A stretch of 64,000 nt of DNA from Pontiella sp. (GCA_050290185.1 JBNKHE010000006.1:1-64000), one strand, 5' to 3'; positions 1-10,708 are shown, counted from the stretch's first letter. Numbers and translations: made by a program. Notes: a model not told the origin generated them from the sequence alone.

Positions 1-28
1 ATTGAAGAATTTCAGTAATATCACTCAT
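1..28 (-). CDS. Possible 5' end of a gene running off the window (MSDITEILQ...), resembling N-termini of planctomycete-type ECF sigma factors
   Basis: ATG at 28 with AGGT upstream on the minus strand; only 9 codons visible. Confidence 0.3.
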
Positions 29-252
29 CTTACCTGGCTCAACGCATTATTCAGAGGCACCCGCGATAAATATATCATGGGCTATGCTTTTGAGCAATGA
101 CTCCGCCGCAGATCATACTCGCGGCTTCTGGCTATTCCGTTCAAAAAAGCAGATGGAGATTGGCGTCCTCGCCTTGCAAGAAAGCCGGGGTTCAGGAGGA
201 GGTGGTCCTTATCCTTATTCCTTCCTATGGGCACAGGCCTCTGCCACGAGGC

Positions 253-687
253 TTAAGTAATCGGCGTGACGCCTTTCTTCAGAATGATGTTTCCGTACTT
301 GGCGGTGGTGCCGGTGATGACGCAGGCGAAGGCCTTTTCGGCGCGGTCGTAGAATTCGAAGCGGCCGATGCGCTTGACCGCCGGAGCTTCCGGCGCGGCT
401 TTGCGGATGGCGCCCAGGTAGTCGGCCTCCACCTGCGGCTCCAGCTGATCACCCTCGACAGCGGCCATCATGATCAGCGGATCGTCGTAGCTATCGAGTT
501 CGAACAACGGAATGATGCCTTCGAGCAGATCGGGGATCTGCAGGCCGTCGCCGCGCAGGACATTTTTCGGGCAGAAGGTGTGGCCCGGAAAGTGGGCGTC
601 GGCCAGCACAATTTCGTCGCCGTGCCCCATCTCGGCGAGAATTTTCAACAGCTCGGGACTGACAATCGGATTGATTCCTTTAAGCAT
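253..687 (-). CDS. fucU: RbsD/FucU family sugar mutarotase (L-fucose mutarotase-like)
   Basis: [34 protein letters not shown] and RFEFYDRA...[10 protein letters not shown] motifs; downstream of a FucP-like permease. Confidence 0.9.
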   Translation of the reverse strand: MLKGINPIVSPELLKILAEMGHGDEIVLADAHFPGHTFCPKNVLRGDGLQIPDLLEGIIPLFELDSYDDPLIMMAAVEGDQLEPQVEADYLGAIRKAAPEAPAVKRIGRFEFYDRAEKAFACVITGTTAKYGNIILKKGVTPIT

Positions 688-704
688 GATATCTCCTAAA
701 CAGA

Positions 705-2642
705 TTATACGGGTTTCTCTTCAACGCGATGAATCCTGAATGTGCGCCATCCGTAGAGCGCAATCACAATAAAGCAAATTAAGGGCAGGGCAAAAGATGC
801 CCGGACGCTGGCCAACTCCATAAATCCAAGATCAAGGGCTGGCAAGTCGATGATACGACCCTGTAGCGGAGTCATAATACAACCTCCTCCAATCGCCAGA
901 ATGAGTCCTGCCGACCCAAGCTTGGCATCATCACCCAAGCCATCCAGCGCAATACCATAAATAGTCGGGAACATCAGAGACATACAGGCTGACACACCAA
1001 TCAGACAATAGAGTCCGGCATAGCCTTCAATAAAGATCGTGCCGGTGATCAGGAAAATGGCTCCCGTTGCCAATATCGTTAATAGTGCGCCCGAGCTGAT
1101 ATAGTGCATGAGGAAGGTGCAGATAAAACGACTTGAAACGAAGATGATCATGGCCAGAATATTACAGTTCTGTGCCGTAGCTTTCGACAAGCCGAGTTGC
1201 GATTCGCCGTACTGAACAATAAAGGTCCAGCACATAATCTGGGCCCCGACGTAGAAGGTTTGTGCAACCACCCCTTCAATGTAGGCCTTATTATGGAAAA
1301 GTCGGCCTAACGTTCCTGTTAGATCCAGTCCGCCGCCATCATCCTGATGTTCGCCAGCAGTTATGGCAGGAAGTTTCCACGCAAACAGGAATAGGACAAT
1401 GATCAGAAATCCCCCCATCAAGGCGTATGGCAGCGAAACAATTTTCAGATCTGATTTCTGGATGGCGGTGAGGCTCTCTTTGGCCGCCTGCTGATGGGCC
1501 AGCAAACTGTCGACGGGAATTTCTGCCAGTGCGGCCTGAGCCGTTTCGAGCTCGGTTTTGACGGTAGAAAGCAGGCCGGGGATTGTGGTCATTTGTGCCG
1601 AATCACCTGAGTCCATTGCCGTTTTGATTGCTGCTGCCGGAGCAACCGCATTATCCAATGATTGCTCTGCCGCGGTCCACTTTTCGTTGTCTGCCTTGCT
1701 AAGCAAGGGGACTTCTTCATTCAGAGCAAGCGTGAGTTCGAGTCCGCGTCCATCAACAAACAGTGCGTTACGTTGTGCTTCTGCTTCGGTCGGCACAGGA
1801 CGTTCTCTGATTTGCAGCACGACCGCCACGGCATCGGCGGCCGCTTTAAACTTATTGCCTTGGGGTTGGGCTGCGAGAGCCGCCAGAACGTCGTCGGCCT
1901 TATCGGCATTTTTGTTATCAAGCAGGAAGGTTCCACTTTGAAGCGCCCCTGTAAGTACGATTGCCTTTTTCACCAGTTTTTTGCTGTCTTGCCAGTCGGG
2001 TTGACTGACGACCTCGGTCAGGCTTGTCACCGTCTTGAGCTGGGAAGTTACTTCCTGAAGATGAATGGGAGTTCCTTCATTTGCCAATGTTTCCATTTGG
2101 CGGCGACCGGTTTCACTCGTTCCGTTTAGACTCGCCAAAATAAACATACTGGCAACAAACATACCGGTGATTGAACCCATGGGATTGAAGGCCTGCGCGA
2201 GGTTCAGCCGGCGAGTTGCCGTTTGTTCGTCACCCATCGAAAGAATGTATGGGTTAGCGGTTGTTTCGAGGAACGAAAGTCCACTGGTCATGATGAGATA
2301 GGATAGCAAGAAGAGCGGAAAGGACATGGCCATTCCACTTGGAATAAACATCAGACAGGCAATCGAGTAGAGTGCCAGACCGATTAAAACCCCTTTCTTG
2401 TATGAATATTTCTTGATGAAGATCGCCGCAGGAATGGCCATCAGGGCATATCCACCATAGAAGGCAGCCTGCACCCAGGAACTTTCAAAGTTGGAGATCA
2501 GCAGGATGTTTTTAAACGCTGCCACCATCGGGTTAGTGATGTCGTTGGCAAATCCCCATAAAGGAAAGAGGATGGTTACCAGAATAAACGGCATAATCAG
2601 GCCGGGTGGGACTACAGGTATTTTTTTATTCGCATCGCTCAT
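705..2642 (-). CDS. fucP: FucP-family MFS sugar:H+ symporter with a large (~200 aa) soluble insertion
   Basis: [44 protein letters not shown] motifs; 645 aa versus about 440 for typical FucP. Confidence 0.88.
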   Translation of the reverse strand: MSDANKKIPVVPPGLIMPFILVTILFPLWGFANDITNPMVAAFKNILLISNFESSWVQAAFYGGYALMAIPAAIFIKKYSYKKGVLIGLALYSIACLMFIPSGMAMSFPLFLLSYLIMTSGLSFLETTANPYILSMGDEQTATRRLNLAQAFNPMGSITGMFVASMFILASLNGTSETGRRQMETLANEGTPIHLQEVTSQLKTVTSLTEVVSQPDWQDSKKLVKKAIVLTGALQSGTFLLDNKNADKADDVLAALAAQPQGNKFKAAADAVAVVLQIRERPVPTEAEAQRNALFVDGRGLELTLALNEEVPLLSKADNEKWTAAEQSLDNAVAPAAAIKTAMDSGDSAQMTTIPGLLSTVKTELETAQAALAEIPVDSLLAHQQAAKESLTAIQKSDLKIVSLPYALMGGFLIIVLFLFAWKLPAITAGEHQDDGGGLDLTGTLGRLFHNKAYIEGVVAQTFYVGAQIMCWTFIVQYGESQLGLSKATAQNCNILAMIIFVSSRFICTFLMHYISSGALLTILATGAIFLITGTIFIEGYAGLYCLIGVSACMSLMFPTIYGIALDGLGDDAKLGSAGLILAIGGGCIMTPLQGRIIDLPALDLGFMELASVRASFALPLICFIVIALYGWRTFRIHRVEEKPV

Positions 2643-2686
2643 TTTTCCACCTCGTTTAATTTGACTACAGACTCCTCCTGCCGGAC

Positions 2687-3799
2687 TTAGGCCGGCAGTT
2701 CCTCATCGAAGCATACCGCAACCTTGCCACACGTACCACTGTTCATCAGCGCATAGGCTTCCGGTGCCTGCTCCAGCGCGAAACGGTGCGTGATCAGGTC
2801 CGCAGGATGGATATTCCAGCGCACGAGGCGTTCGACCAGTTCCTCCATGCGCCACATGTTGGTGACCCAGGAACCGTACATTGTCTTTTGATCGTGGATC
2901 ATGTCGCGGCTCGGCGCAAAGTCGGGGCTCATCAAACCACCCTCTCCGATCAGCACAATCTTGCCCCATTTGCGGGCGGCCTGAACCGCCGTCAGGCGGG
3001 CGTTGGCGTTGGCCGAGCACTCGACCACCTTTTCGCAGCCCATACCGCCGGTCAGCGCCTTGACCTCTTCGACATTGTCCGGTCCGGCCTTGAGTACGGT
3101 GTCGAACAGTTTGATCCCGCTGCCCTTGCGTAGTTCAAGACCCTTGGCGATTTCAACACGCTGATCGTTGGCTTCGATGCCGATAATATTCGACGCACCC
3201 ATGGCCCGGCAGAGCATGGCGGCCGCCAGACCGACCGGTCCGAGGCCGGTGATCAGGACAGCGTCGTTGCCGGAGATGCCGATCTTCTCGAGGCCTTCGT
3301 AGACCGTACCGAAACCGCAGGCCACCTGGGCACCGTCGGAATAGCTCAGCGAATCCGGAAGCATGACCAGATCCTTCTCCTCGGCCACGATGTACGGGGC
3401 CATGCCACCGTCGCGCTGCCAGCCGTAAGCCTTGCGATATTCCTCGCTCGTGCAGGAAATCATGTAGCCGCGTCGGCAGTCGTTGCAGATGCCACAACCG
3501 GAAATATGATAAATGACAACGCGGTCGCCTTCCTTGAAGTGCCGTGTTCCGGGGCCGCACTTGACGATCTGGCCGCTGGGTTCATGTCCGGCGATCATTT
3601 CCTTCTGGTAGCCTTCCGGTCCCTTGCCCAGATGCTCGTTGTAGATGCAGCGGATATCCGACCCGCAGATGGTCGACGCCTTGGTCTTGACCAGCACCTC
3701 ACCGTGCTTTAATTCGGGAATCTCGTATTCCTTGAATTTTACCGAGCTGTCCCCAGGCAGATATGCCCCCGTCATTTTTTTTGGAATATCAGTCATCAT
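2687..3799 (-). CDS. Zinc-dependent alcohol/polyol dehydrogenase, E. coli YphC-like
   Basis: ICGSD, GHEPSG, CGICNDCRRG...C structural Zn site, AYGWQRDGG, GLGPVG; start taken at MMTDIP (SD-like GAGGA upstream). Confidence 0.88.
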   Translation of the reverse strand: MMTDIPKKMTGAYLPGDSSVKFKEYEIPELKHGEVLVKTKASTICGSDIRCIYNEHLGKGPEGYQKEMIAGHEPSGQIVKCGPGTRHFKEGDRVVIYHISGCGICNDCRRGYMISCTSEEYRKAYGWQRDGGMAPYIVAEEKDLVMLPDSLSYSDGAQVACGFGTVYEGLEKIGISGNDAVLITGLGPVGLAAAMLCRAMGASNIIGIEANDQRVEIAKGLELRKGSGIKLFDTVLKAGPDNVEEVKALTGGMGCEKVVECSANANARLTAVQAARKWGKIVLIGEGGLMSPDFAPSRDMIHDQKTMYGSWVTNMWRMEELVERLVRWNIHPADLITHRFALEQAPEAYALMNSGTCGKVAVCFDEELPA

Positions 3800-3825
3800 T
3801 GTCCTCTTGGATAATTGGTTAAAAA

Positions 3826-4869
3826 TTATTTCGTGATCGTGCCGTCGAGATCCCACAGATCTTCCCAGCCCCGGCTGCCGTTCCACGTAAAGACCTGCCC
3901 CTTGATCAGGCGGCAGTTGCGGTCGATCCCAGCGATGGCGTCCATCTCTTCGTCCGTCAGCGGCGGCATCAGCGCGGCCTTCAGATTGGAGGTGTACTTG
4001 CTGCGCTTCGTCGAGAAGGGAATCACCACCAGCCCGCGCTGGAGCGCCCATTTCACGCAGATGATCGCCGGATGCACACCGTATTTTTCCGCAATCTTGA
4101 CCACAACCGGATCCTCAATATCGACCGTGTCGTTTTCGGTGCGGTCGCGTTCGGGACGCGCCGGCGAGCCGATCGGGCAGTAGCCGATGGGCTGGATGTC
4201 GTGAGCGACCAGGTAGTCGAACAACGCGGATTGCTGGAAGTGCGGATGGTGCTCCATCTCGTTGACCACCGGTTTGATGCGGCAGTCGCGCAACAACAGT
4301 TCCATTTTGGGAATGGTCATGTTGGAGGTGCCGATGCTCTTCACCAATCCCATGTCGACGAGTTGTTCCATCTGCGCCCATGTCTTCATGTAGTTGTCGT
4401 GGATGTAGGGCTTGGCATCGGGGCTGCGCGATTCGACGGAGCATCCCGGTGGATGGAAGTTCGGGAACGGCCAATGAACCAGATAGAGGTCGAGATATTC
4501 AAGCCCCAGGTCTTCGAGCGATTGCTTGCACGACTGGATCACCTCGCCGTCGCCATGCATGTCGTTCCACACCTTGGAGGTGATGAACAGTTCCTCGCGC
4601 GGAACACCGCCCTCCATGATGATCTTGAGCGCTCCGCCGATCTCCTTCTCGTTGCTGTAGACCGAGGCGCAGTCGAACGCGCGCTGGCCGAATTCGGCGG
4701 CCCCCAGCACGGCGGTCGCAATCTCATCGGCGGAATAGGTGTCGGAACCGAATGTACCCATGCCCAGCACCGGCATTTTTTCGCCATTGCTCAGCGTTAC
4801 GCTCGGAACACTTTTCGGGTCGATGGCGTCCGGCGCCATCGCAAAAACAGGTCTGGATTCTCCAGTCAT
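3826..4869 (-). CDS. Aldo/keto reductase (aldose-reductase-like subgroup)
   Basis: DCASVY, TSKVWN, YLDLYLVHWP, KSIGTSN catalytic-tetrad motifs. Confidence 0.9.
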   Translation of the reverse strand: MTGESRPVFAMAPDAIDPKSVPSVTLSNGEKMPVLGMGTFGSDTYSADEIATAVLGAAEFGQRAFDCASVYSNEKEIGGALKIIMEGGVPREELFITSKVWNDMHGDGEVIQSCKQSLEDLGLEYLDLYLVHWPFPNFHPPGCSVESRSPDAKPYIHDNYMKTWAQMEQLVDMGLVKSIGTSNMTIPKMELLLRDCRIKPVVNEMEHHPHFQQSALFDYLVAHDIQPIGYCPIGSPARPERDRTENDTVDIEDPVVVKIAEKYGVHPAIICVKWALQRGLVVIPFSTKRSKYTSNLKAALMPPLTDEEMDAIAGIDRNCRLIKGQVFTWNGSRGWEDLWDLDGTITK

Positions 4870-5052
4870 CGTCAATTTTCCTTCCTTGGGTCAAGCCTTC
4901 CGCCCCCCGTGGGCTGAAGCTATGGGGAGCGATGGTGGAAGGTAGCAACTTGAATCCAATTCGCCAATGTACCGAATTGACCTAATAATGGATATATTTG
5001 ACTTTCGCTCATTTTTCCATTCAGATGGCAACATCTACCAAATGGATTTAGT

Positions 5053-5925
5053 ATGGAAAAGAAACAGGCATCATTCATCTCCACGCAGGTCACCGCCGGA
5101 GAGTACTACTATCTGAATTTGACTCCAAAAAAAGATACCAGCGAAACTGTGATTTGTGGCGGGCGCGAACAATGCTCCCCCGACTACCGGATCGAACGGG
5201 AGAGTTTCAAGTTTCATTCCATTGAGTTCGTGGCGGCCGGAAAAGGCACCCTCATCATCCATGGAATCCGGCATGAACTTCGGCCCGGCATGATCTTCCA
5301 CTATGGGCCACAAACCTCCCACATGATTGAGACCGACGCGGATTTCCCCCTATTGAAACACTTTGTAAATTTTGTCGGCCACAACCTTACCGACCTGCTG
5401 AAGCATACCGTGTTCAGGCGCGGTATTCCGCTCTACGCCGCGCGCCCGTTCCGCATGCGAAGCATCTTTGAAAACCTGATCACCACCGGAAACACCCAGA
5501 GCCGGAACCGCGACGCCCTGTGCGCCCTGTTGCTGCGGCAGCTTATTCTCACGGCCGATGATAGCGCGATGGACGCCGAAACGGCCGCCTCTCCGGCTTG
5601 GCAGACCTACCTGCGCTGCCGCCAGCACATGGAACGAAACTTTCTTAAAATCGCCACCGTCAAGGATGCCGCCAGGCACTGCTTCATCAACCAGGCCTAT
5701 CTGGCCCGCCTGTTCAAGCGCTTTGCCGAAGAGTCTCCGCTTCAATTGCTCAACCACCTCAAGATGAACAAGGCCGCCGAATTGCTCGGTAACCGCAACG
5801 TGCTCGTCAAGGAAGTGGCCGAAGCCGTCGGGTTCGCCGACCCCTACCACTTTTCCCGCGTATTCAAGCGCGTCTACGGCATTCCGCCCGAAACCTTCAC
5901 CAAGACCGCCAGGCGGCAGGGATAG
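5053..5925 (+). CDS. AraC family transcriptional regulator
   Basis: N-terminal cupin-like domain; C-terminal VKEVAEAVGFADPYHFSRVFKRVYGIPP; divergent from the AKR operon. Confidence 0.93.
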   Translation: MEKKQASFISTQVTAGEYYYLNLTPKKDTSETVICGGREQCSPDYRIERESFKFHSIEFVAAGKGTLIIHGIRHELRPGMIFHYGPQTSHMIETDADFPLLKHFVNFVGHNLTDLLKHTVFRRGIPLYAARPFRMRSIFENLITTGNTQSRNRDALCALLLRQLILTADDSAMDAETAASPAWQTYLRCRQHMERNFLKIATVKDAARHCFINQAYLARLFKRFAEESPLQLLNHLKMNKAAELLGNRNVLVKEVAEAVGFADPYHFSRVFKRVYGIPPETFTKTARRQG

Positions 5926-6148
5926 CCGGAAGTGGAAACCATTGCTGGAAGGCTGGATTCCGGCCAAATAATTCCTCAATGAAATCCCTGTCTGGGCCGC
6001 TCAGCGGGCATTCGATTGCACCTCGGTTGCAGGCAACCTGCCGCGAGGTCTTGCGTAGTCGGGCTAAATCTTTTGTCGAGCAGGCTCCCCTGCTATAGCT
6101 GACTGAACGCGATAAACGAGATATTGGTCATCACGTTTATCGATAGGC

Positions 6149-7795
6149 TCAAATCACTTCAAACCAGTCGAAGTCGGCATGGATTCCCTGCCCCGCCACG
6201 TCGTAGGCGCAGAGGCCGGTCATCGCTCCGGTAAAGTGAAGGATGGAGCCATAGTCGTCGGACAGCTTGGTCATGTCGAACACGCCGCCGAGCTGCGTCC
6301 AGGTTTCGCCGTCGGGAGAGGCTTCAAAGGTCAGATCCGTGCGGTCGATGTTGGCGCGCAGATAGACGGCTTTCGGCCAGTCGTTGATGGCAAGTCGTGC
6401 ATCGGCGGGTTCGTCGTAGGCGCTGTCGTCCGTGAAGGCGACGCGTACCATGCGGCCCAGCTCTTCATCGTGGCCAACGTGCAGGAAAAAATGGGTGCGT
6501 GTGTCGTACCAGCAGGTCAATCCGGCAAACTGGCTGAAGCGCGTCGGTAAAAATTCCATCTTCGTCGTGATCGTCGCCTTGAAATCCGTGAGCGGCTGGG
6601 CGACCAGCGATTGGTTGTGCAGCGAATGCGGATTCTCGCGCCCCTTCAGCCGCAACCAGCCCGGACGTACGGAGAGCGAGAGCCAGCTTTCGTCGGCCGG
6701 CGCACGCAGCGTCTGCCAATGGACATCCAATTCCGGCGCGTCAAAATCGTCGCGCGCAGGAACCTCCGGCCACGGGTGCGGCTCGATGCCCTTCGGTGGT
6801 TCGACCTCGACTTGCGGCTGCATGTCTCCATGCGCCAACCTCAACCAACCGCCCTCCGACCAAACGACGCGTTGGATCGCGGTTTCGCGGCCAAGAATAC
6901 AGCGGTCGCCTTCGTGCGCTTTTGCACTTTCGGATCGGTCGGGCGAATGCGGGTTGAAGCCGCGGTCGGTTTTGAGCGGACGACTGCAGAGATGCGCGAG
7001 GAACCATTCGCCCTGCGGCGTTTGGATCAGCTCGCCGTGGCCGGCCTTTTGGAGCGGATGTTCCGGATTATGGCGCGTCGTCAGCACCGCTTCCTGCGGA
7101 TCGAGTTCGTAGGGACCGGTGATGTTCCTCGAACGCGCCATGGAAATGCCGTGGTTCCAGCCCGTGCCGCCTTCGGCCATCATCAGGTAGTACCATCCGT
7201 CGTGCTTATAGAGGTTGGGCCCCTCGCAAAGGATGCCTTTCTTGCGTACGAGTTCATGCACCGGACCGACCAGCTTCTGTTCCTTAGGATCGTATTCCTG
7301 CAGCACGTTTCCGGCAAAACGTTCACGGCCGGGACGGTAGTCCCACTGCATGTTGAGCAACCATTTGCGGCCGTCGTCATCGTGGAAGAGCGAAGGGTCG
7401 AAGCCGATGGCATTCATATAGACCGGTTCGGACCACGGCCCTTCGATAGACGGGGCCGTAACGAGATAGGTATGCGGATCCTTGAAGGGGCGCCCCATAG
7501 CGGTGGTGACGACGTTGGTGTAGATGAGCCAGAACTGCCCGTCGGCATAGCTGAGCGACGGCGCCCACGAGCCGGCGGAATCCCCCACCCCGCGCAGGTC
7601 GAGCTGCGAGCTTCGGGTTAGCGCATGGCCGACCATCCGCCAGTTGACCAGATCACGTGAATGGTAGAAGCGCACACCAGGCATCCATTCGAAGGTGCTC
7701 GTCGCCAGATAATAGTCGTCGCCCACCCGCACGAACGACGGATCGGGATTAAAACCGCGCAGCACCGGATTCTGTATCATTTGTGTCTGTTTCAT
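6149..7795 (-). CDS. GH43 beta-xylosidase/arabinofuranosidase with C-terminal beta-sandwich, no signal peptide
   Basis: NPVLRGFNPDPS, WAPSL, GFDPSLFHDDDGR, EGPNLYK, AEGGTG motifs. Confidence 0.93.
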   Translation of the reverse strand: MKQTQMIQNPVLRGFNPDPSFVRVGDDYYLATSTFEWMPGVRFYHSRDLVNWRMVGHALTRSSQLDLRGVGDSAGSWAPSLSYADGQFWLIYTNVVTTAMGRPFKDPHTYLVTAPSIEGPWSEPVYMNAIGFDPSLFHDDDGRKWLLNMQWDYRPGRERFAGNVLQEYDPKEQKLVGPVHELVRKKGILCEGPNLYKHDGWYYLMMAEGGTGWNHGISMARSRNITGPYELDPQEAVLTTRHNPEHPLQKAGHGELIQTPQGEWFLAHLCSRPLKTDRGFNPHSPDRSESAKAHEGDRCILGRETAIQRVVWSEGGWLRLAHGDMQPQVEVEPPKGIEPHPWPEVPARDDFDAPELDVHWQTLRAPADESWLSLSVRPGWLRLKGRENPHSLHNQSLVAQPLTDFKATITTKMEFLPTRFSQFAGLTCWYDTRTHFFLHVGHDEELGRMVRVAFTDDSAYDEPADARLAINDWPKAVYLRANIDRTDLTFEASPDGETWTQLGGVFDMTKLSDDYGSILHFTGAMTGLCAYDVAGQGIHADFDWFEVI

Positions 7796-7860
7796 GGAAT
7801 AGCCCTAATGTTGATTTTCCATTACAACCGAATCCCATCGGTTTCTCCAAACTACCCATC

Positions 7861-7874
7861 GTTTACCTGTTAAC
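7861..7874. promoter_or_regulatory. Candidate operator GTTTACCTGTTAAC, copy 1
   Basis: Imperfect palindrome repeated exactly at 8111-8124 in the GH43/LacI divergent spacer. Confidence 0.5.
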
Positions 7875-8110
7875 GAAACACATCGTTTCGGCGGCAAAAT
7901 GCGGTTAACAGATTATAACGGTTACCTCTATGCGTCCATTGATTGTATGACCGGGTTGTATATATGGAAGGAGTAAAACCATGAATAAATCATTCCTTGC
8001 ATCGCGGGCATTAATGTTTCTGTTTTCCGCAAACCCGCATGCACAGGAGTTTGCCCATCCCGGCATTCTGCACAACCCGGAGGGCCTTGCGTGACACCAT
8101 CCACGGGGTT

Positions 8111-8124
8111 GTTTACCTGTTAAC
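8111..8124. promoter_or_regulatory. Candidate operator GTTTACCTGTTAAC, copy 2
   Basis: Exact 14-bp repeat of 7861-7874. Confidence 0.5.
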
Positions 8125-8294
8125 AGCTATTTGCTGTCTGGGACACTCCAGCATGGATGGACGATGCATGAAAACTCTCAACAAGGAAACTGGACTCGCT
8201 CCGCCTGGCGCTTCATTATAAAAACATTGGTTGAAGAGATGTACCGATATAACCGAACGGCCTTGCGGATGCAGGGCGAAAAGGGCGAGCTGCC

Positions 8295-9350
8295 ATGGCA
8301 GAAAACAATACGAACTCCAATGACCCCGAACGTCGGGTGACCCTGAGGGATATTGCCGATGAAGTAGGCATGTCGCATGTTACAGTTTCGCTTGCCCTTC
8401 GCAACGACCCCAAGATTTCGGAAAAAACCCGCCTGAAAATAAAGAAGATCGCTGATGAAATGGGCTATCGTCCCGACCCCATGCTGAAGTCGCTGGCCCG
8501 CTACCGCCATACCAACAAAACCAAGTCAGCGGACGCGGTGGTCGCCTGGATCAACCTATGGGCCGAACCCGACAAACTGCGAACCTACCATGAATTCGAT
8601 CTATGGTGGAAGGGGGCCTCGGAAGCGGCACATCGAATGGGCTACCGCATTGATGAATTCGTAACCAAAGGCATGTCGGGCAAGCGACTGGCCACCATTC
8701 TAAAGACGCGTAATATTCGCGGCGTGCTCATCCCGCCCTACCCCGATCCCCCAACCATTGATCTATCCGAAATCCCGTGGGACGATTTTACGGTGATTCA
8801 GTTTGGCCGGCACGGAAACCAGCCGCTACTGCATTTCGTGACCAGCTCCCAAGCCTCAAATACCGTAATGGCCTTCGATCGCATTCGTGAAAAAGGATAC
8901 AAGCGCATCGGATTTGTCAGCGGACAGGTCACCAAAAACCGGATGTTCGGCGCCGGTTTCTACTGGACCCAGCAATACATTCCCCAAAAGGAGCGACTAT
9001 CCATACTCGCCCTGGAAACCAGCAGCGTCGTAGAACAGGAAGCCGCCCTCAATAAATGGATTCAAAAGGAAAAACCGGATGCCATCCTGACCGATTTCCC
9101 TCAACTCCCACAGTTGCTGGACGAGCTGGGCTATCGTGTTCCGGAGGACCTCGGCCTGGCCACCACCAGCATCCACGACACACCGATCGACGCCGGCATC
9201 GACCAGAACCCCGAGGAAATCGGCCGCATGGGTTTCATTACGCTGGTTTCCATGATGAACGACTACGAGCACGGCGTTCCCGATATCCAGCATGAAATCC
9301 TCGTCGGAGGAAAATGGATTGACGGAAACATGTTGCCGCCGCGCAACTAG
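8295..9350 (+). CDS. LacI family transcriptional regulator
   Basis: VTLRDIADEVGMSHVTVSLALRNDPKIS...MGYRPDP HTH plus periplasmic-binding-protein-like sensor domain. Confidence 0.93.
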   Translation: MAENNTNSNDPERRVTLRDIADEVGMSHVTVSLALRNDPKISEKTRLKIKKIADEMGYRPDPMLKSLARYRHTNKTKSADAVVAWINLWAEPDKLRTYHEFDLWWKGASEAAHRMGYRIDEFVTKGMSGKRLATILKTRNIRGVLIPPYPDPPTIDLSEIPWDDFTVIQFGRHGNQPLLHFVTSSQASNTVMAFDRIREKGYKRIGFVSGQVTKNRMFGAGFYWTQQYIPQKERLSILALETSSVVEQEAALNKWIQKEKPDAILTDFPQLPQLLDELGYRVPEDLGLATTSIHDTPIDAGIDQNPEEIGRMGFITLVSMMNDYEHGVPDIQHEILVGGKWIDGNMLPPRN

Positions 9351-10705
9351 TCGTTCGAAACCGTGCAGTCCGCAGCCAGATCGCTGAAAATAACCGGCAT
9401 CCCGGTTTCATTGATCAGCGTAATATCCTTGGCCTCTTCCGGTAGGACGGGGGTCGACATTTCCGCATGCCTGGGCATGCCGTAGCCGAGCATAATGGGC
9501 AAATGCGGCAGATCGCCACTCGGAGCCCAGCGCGTCAGTTTAACCTTGTGGCCGGCTCCGCAGATGGTCGCGACGTCGTGCACCGTGCTTTTCGGCACGC
9601 CACCCACCAGCTCTAGCTCGACGTCGGCATTGCTTCCGCGCCACAGGTAGAGCAAAGGACCATGCACAATATTGCCCCGGCAGCGGCGCATGACGATATT
9701 GCCGTTAAGCAACAGGAATCCGCGTTCCGCGCCGAGGGCGGTGCAACCAATGAGTTCCGTCTTGTCGCCTTCCTTCGGCCCGAAGATCTCGAAACCGGCG
9801 CGGGTGTTGATGGCGGTGCAGTTAATGAGCGTGGTCTTGCCCGTGTTCTGGTTGCGCGGCCCGCCACCGCCATAGGTGCGGAAGCCGTCCTCGCACAGGG
9901 CCTTGCTGTAGCCGGACGTCATCAGGTAGCGGCCATCGCGGTTTTCATAAACCGACTTGTATTCATATACCTCCGCCAAGCCACCCTTTTCGGCCAGCAT
10001 TTCATTGGTTGTTCGGTGGATTCCTTCGGCATAGCAATCCTCCAGTACGGTATTGTGCGCGCCTTGGATATAGTAGCAATGGCCAAAGGCGCGAGTGATC
10101 ACCTTGCAGCGCTTCAGGTGGCAGTTATCGCCGCCCACCATGATTCCACTCTGTTTTTTCAAATCCTTGACGAGGTTCGGCCCGCCCTTGCCCAATAAAT
10201 CGCCGTAGCCGTAGGGCGACGAGCCGTGCACGTAGAGCGTTACTTCATCGAGCGTATTATTGTCGCCCCACAACGACAGGCAATTGCCGTTGGTGCCCTG
10301 ATTTGGACCCACATAGCGGATCGTCAGGCCCTTGATGATATTGTTGCTGCCGGAAATGAAGAAGAAGCGATGGTAGCCGGTCTGCGGCAGGTCGGGGTAG
10401 ATCGAGGTGTCGATCTCGAGGACAACGCCTTCGAAATTGAAGGAGTTGTTGCTACCGGAAAACTCCAGCACCGGCATGGGCGGGCGATGTCCCTCGAAAT
10501 TCCTCGTATGTTCGAATACGGCGGTGATCCGTTCCGGTGTCAGGTAGTCGTTCACCCGGTAAACACCCGATGCCATGGTGATCTCATTGCCGCTCTTTGC
10601 GGCAAAATCCATCAACTCATCGACGCTGGACACTTCCACCGCCTGCGCAACAGAAAGGACAGCAAACATGCCAGCCAGACCGATACCCAGAACTCGATGA
10701 ACCAT
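9347..10705 (-). CDS. Secreted right-handed parallel beta-helix (pectin-lyase-like fold) protein, putative polysaccharide-active enzyme
   Basis: Signal peptide ending VAQA; repeated beta-helix-like coils (SGSNNIIKGLTI, GDNNTLDEVT, GAHNTVLEDC, TTLINCTA); last gene of the GH88 operon. Confidence 0.65.
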   Translation of the reverse strand: MVHRVLGIGLAGMFAVLSVAQAVEVSSVDELMDFAAKSGNEITMASGVYRVNDYLTPERITAVFEHTRNFEGHRPPMPVLEFSGSNNSFNFEGVVLEIDTSIYPDLPQTGYHRFFFISGSNNIIKGLTIRYVGPNQGTNGNCLSLWGDNNTLDEVTLYVHGSSPYGYGDLLGKGGPNLVKDLKKQSGIMVGGDNCHLKRCKVITRAFGHCYYIQGAHNTVLEDCYAEGIHRTTNEMLAEKGGLAEVYEYKSVYENRDGRYLMTSGYSKALCEDGFRTYGGGGPRNQNTGKTTLINCTAINTRAGFEIFGPKEGDKTELIGCTALGAERGFLLLNGNIVMRRCRGNIVHGPLLYLWRGSNADVELELVGGVPKSTVHDVATICGAGHKVKLTRWAPSGDLPHLPIMLGYGMPRHAEMSTPVLPEEAKDITLINETGMPVIFSDLAADCTVSND

Positions 10706-10708
10706 CGT

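Noticed and set aside
3800..4051. Long N-terminal extensions given by the ORF track (also galM, araD, SSS 14624-14758, atpZ, atpE, acyltransferase)
   Set aside because: They overlap upstream genes or spacers; downstream ATGs with SD sites match family N-termini
253..4869. Known L-galactose or oxidative L-fucose pathway
   Set aside because: No lactonase or dehydratase, and the AKR looks aldose-reductase-like rather than like the sugar dehydrogenase subgroup
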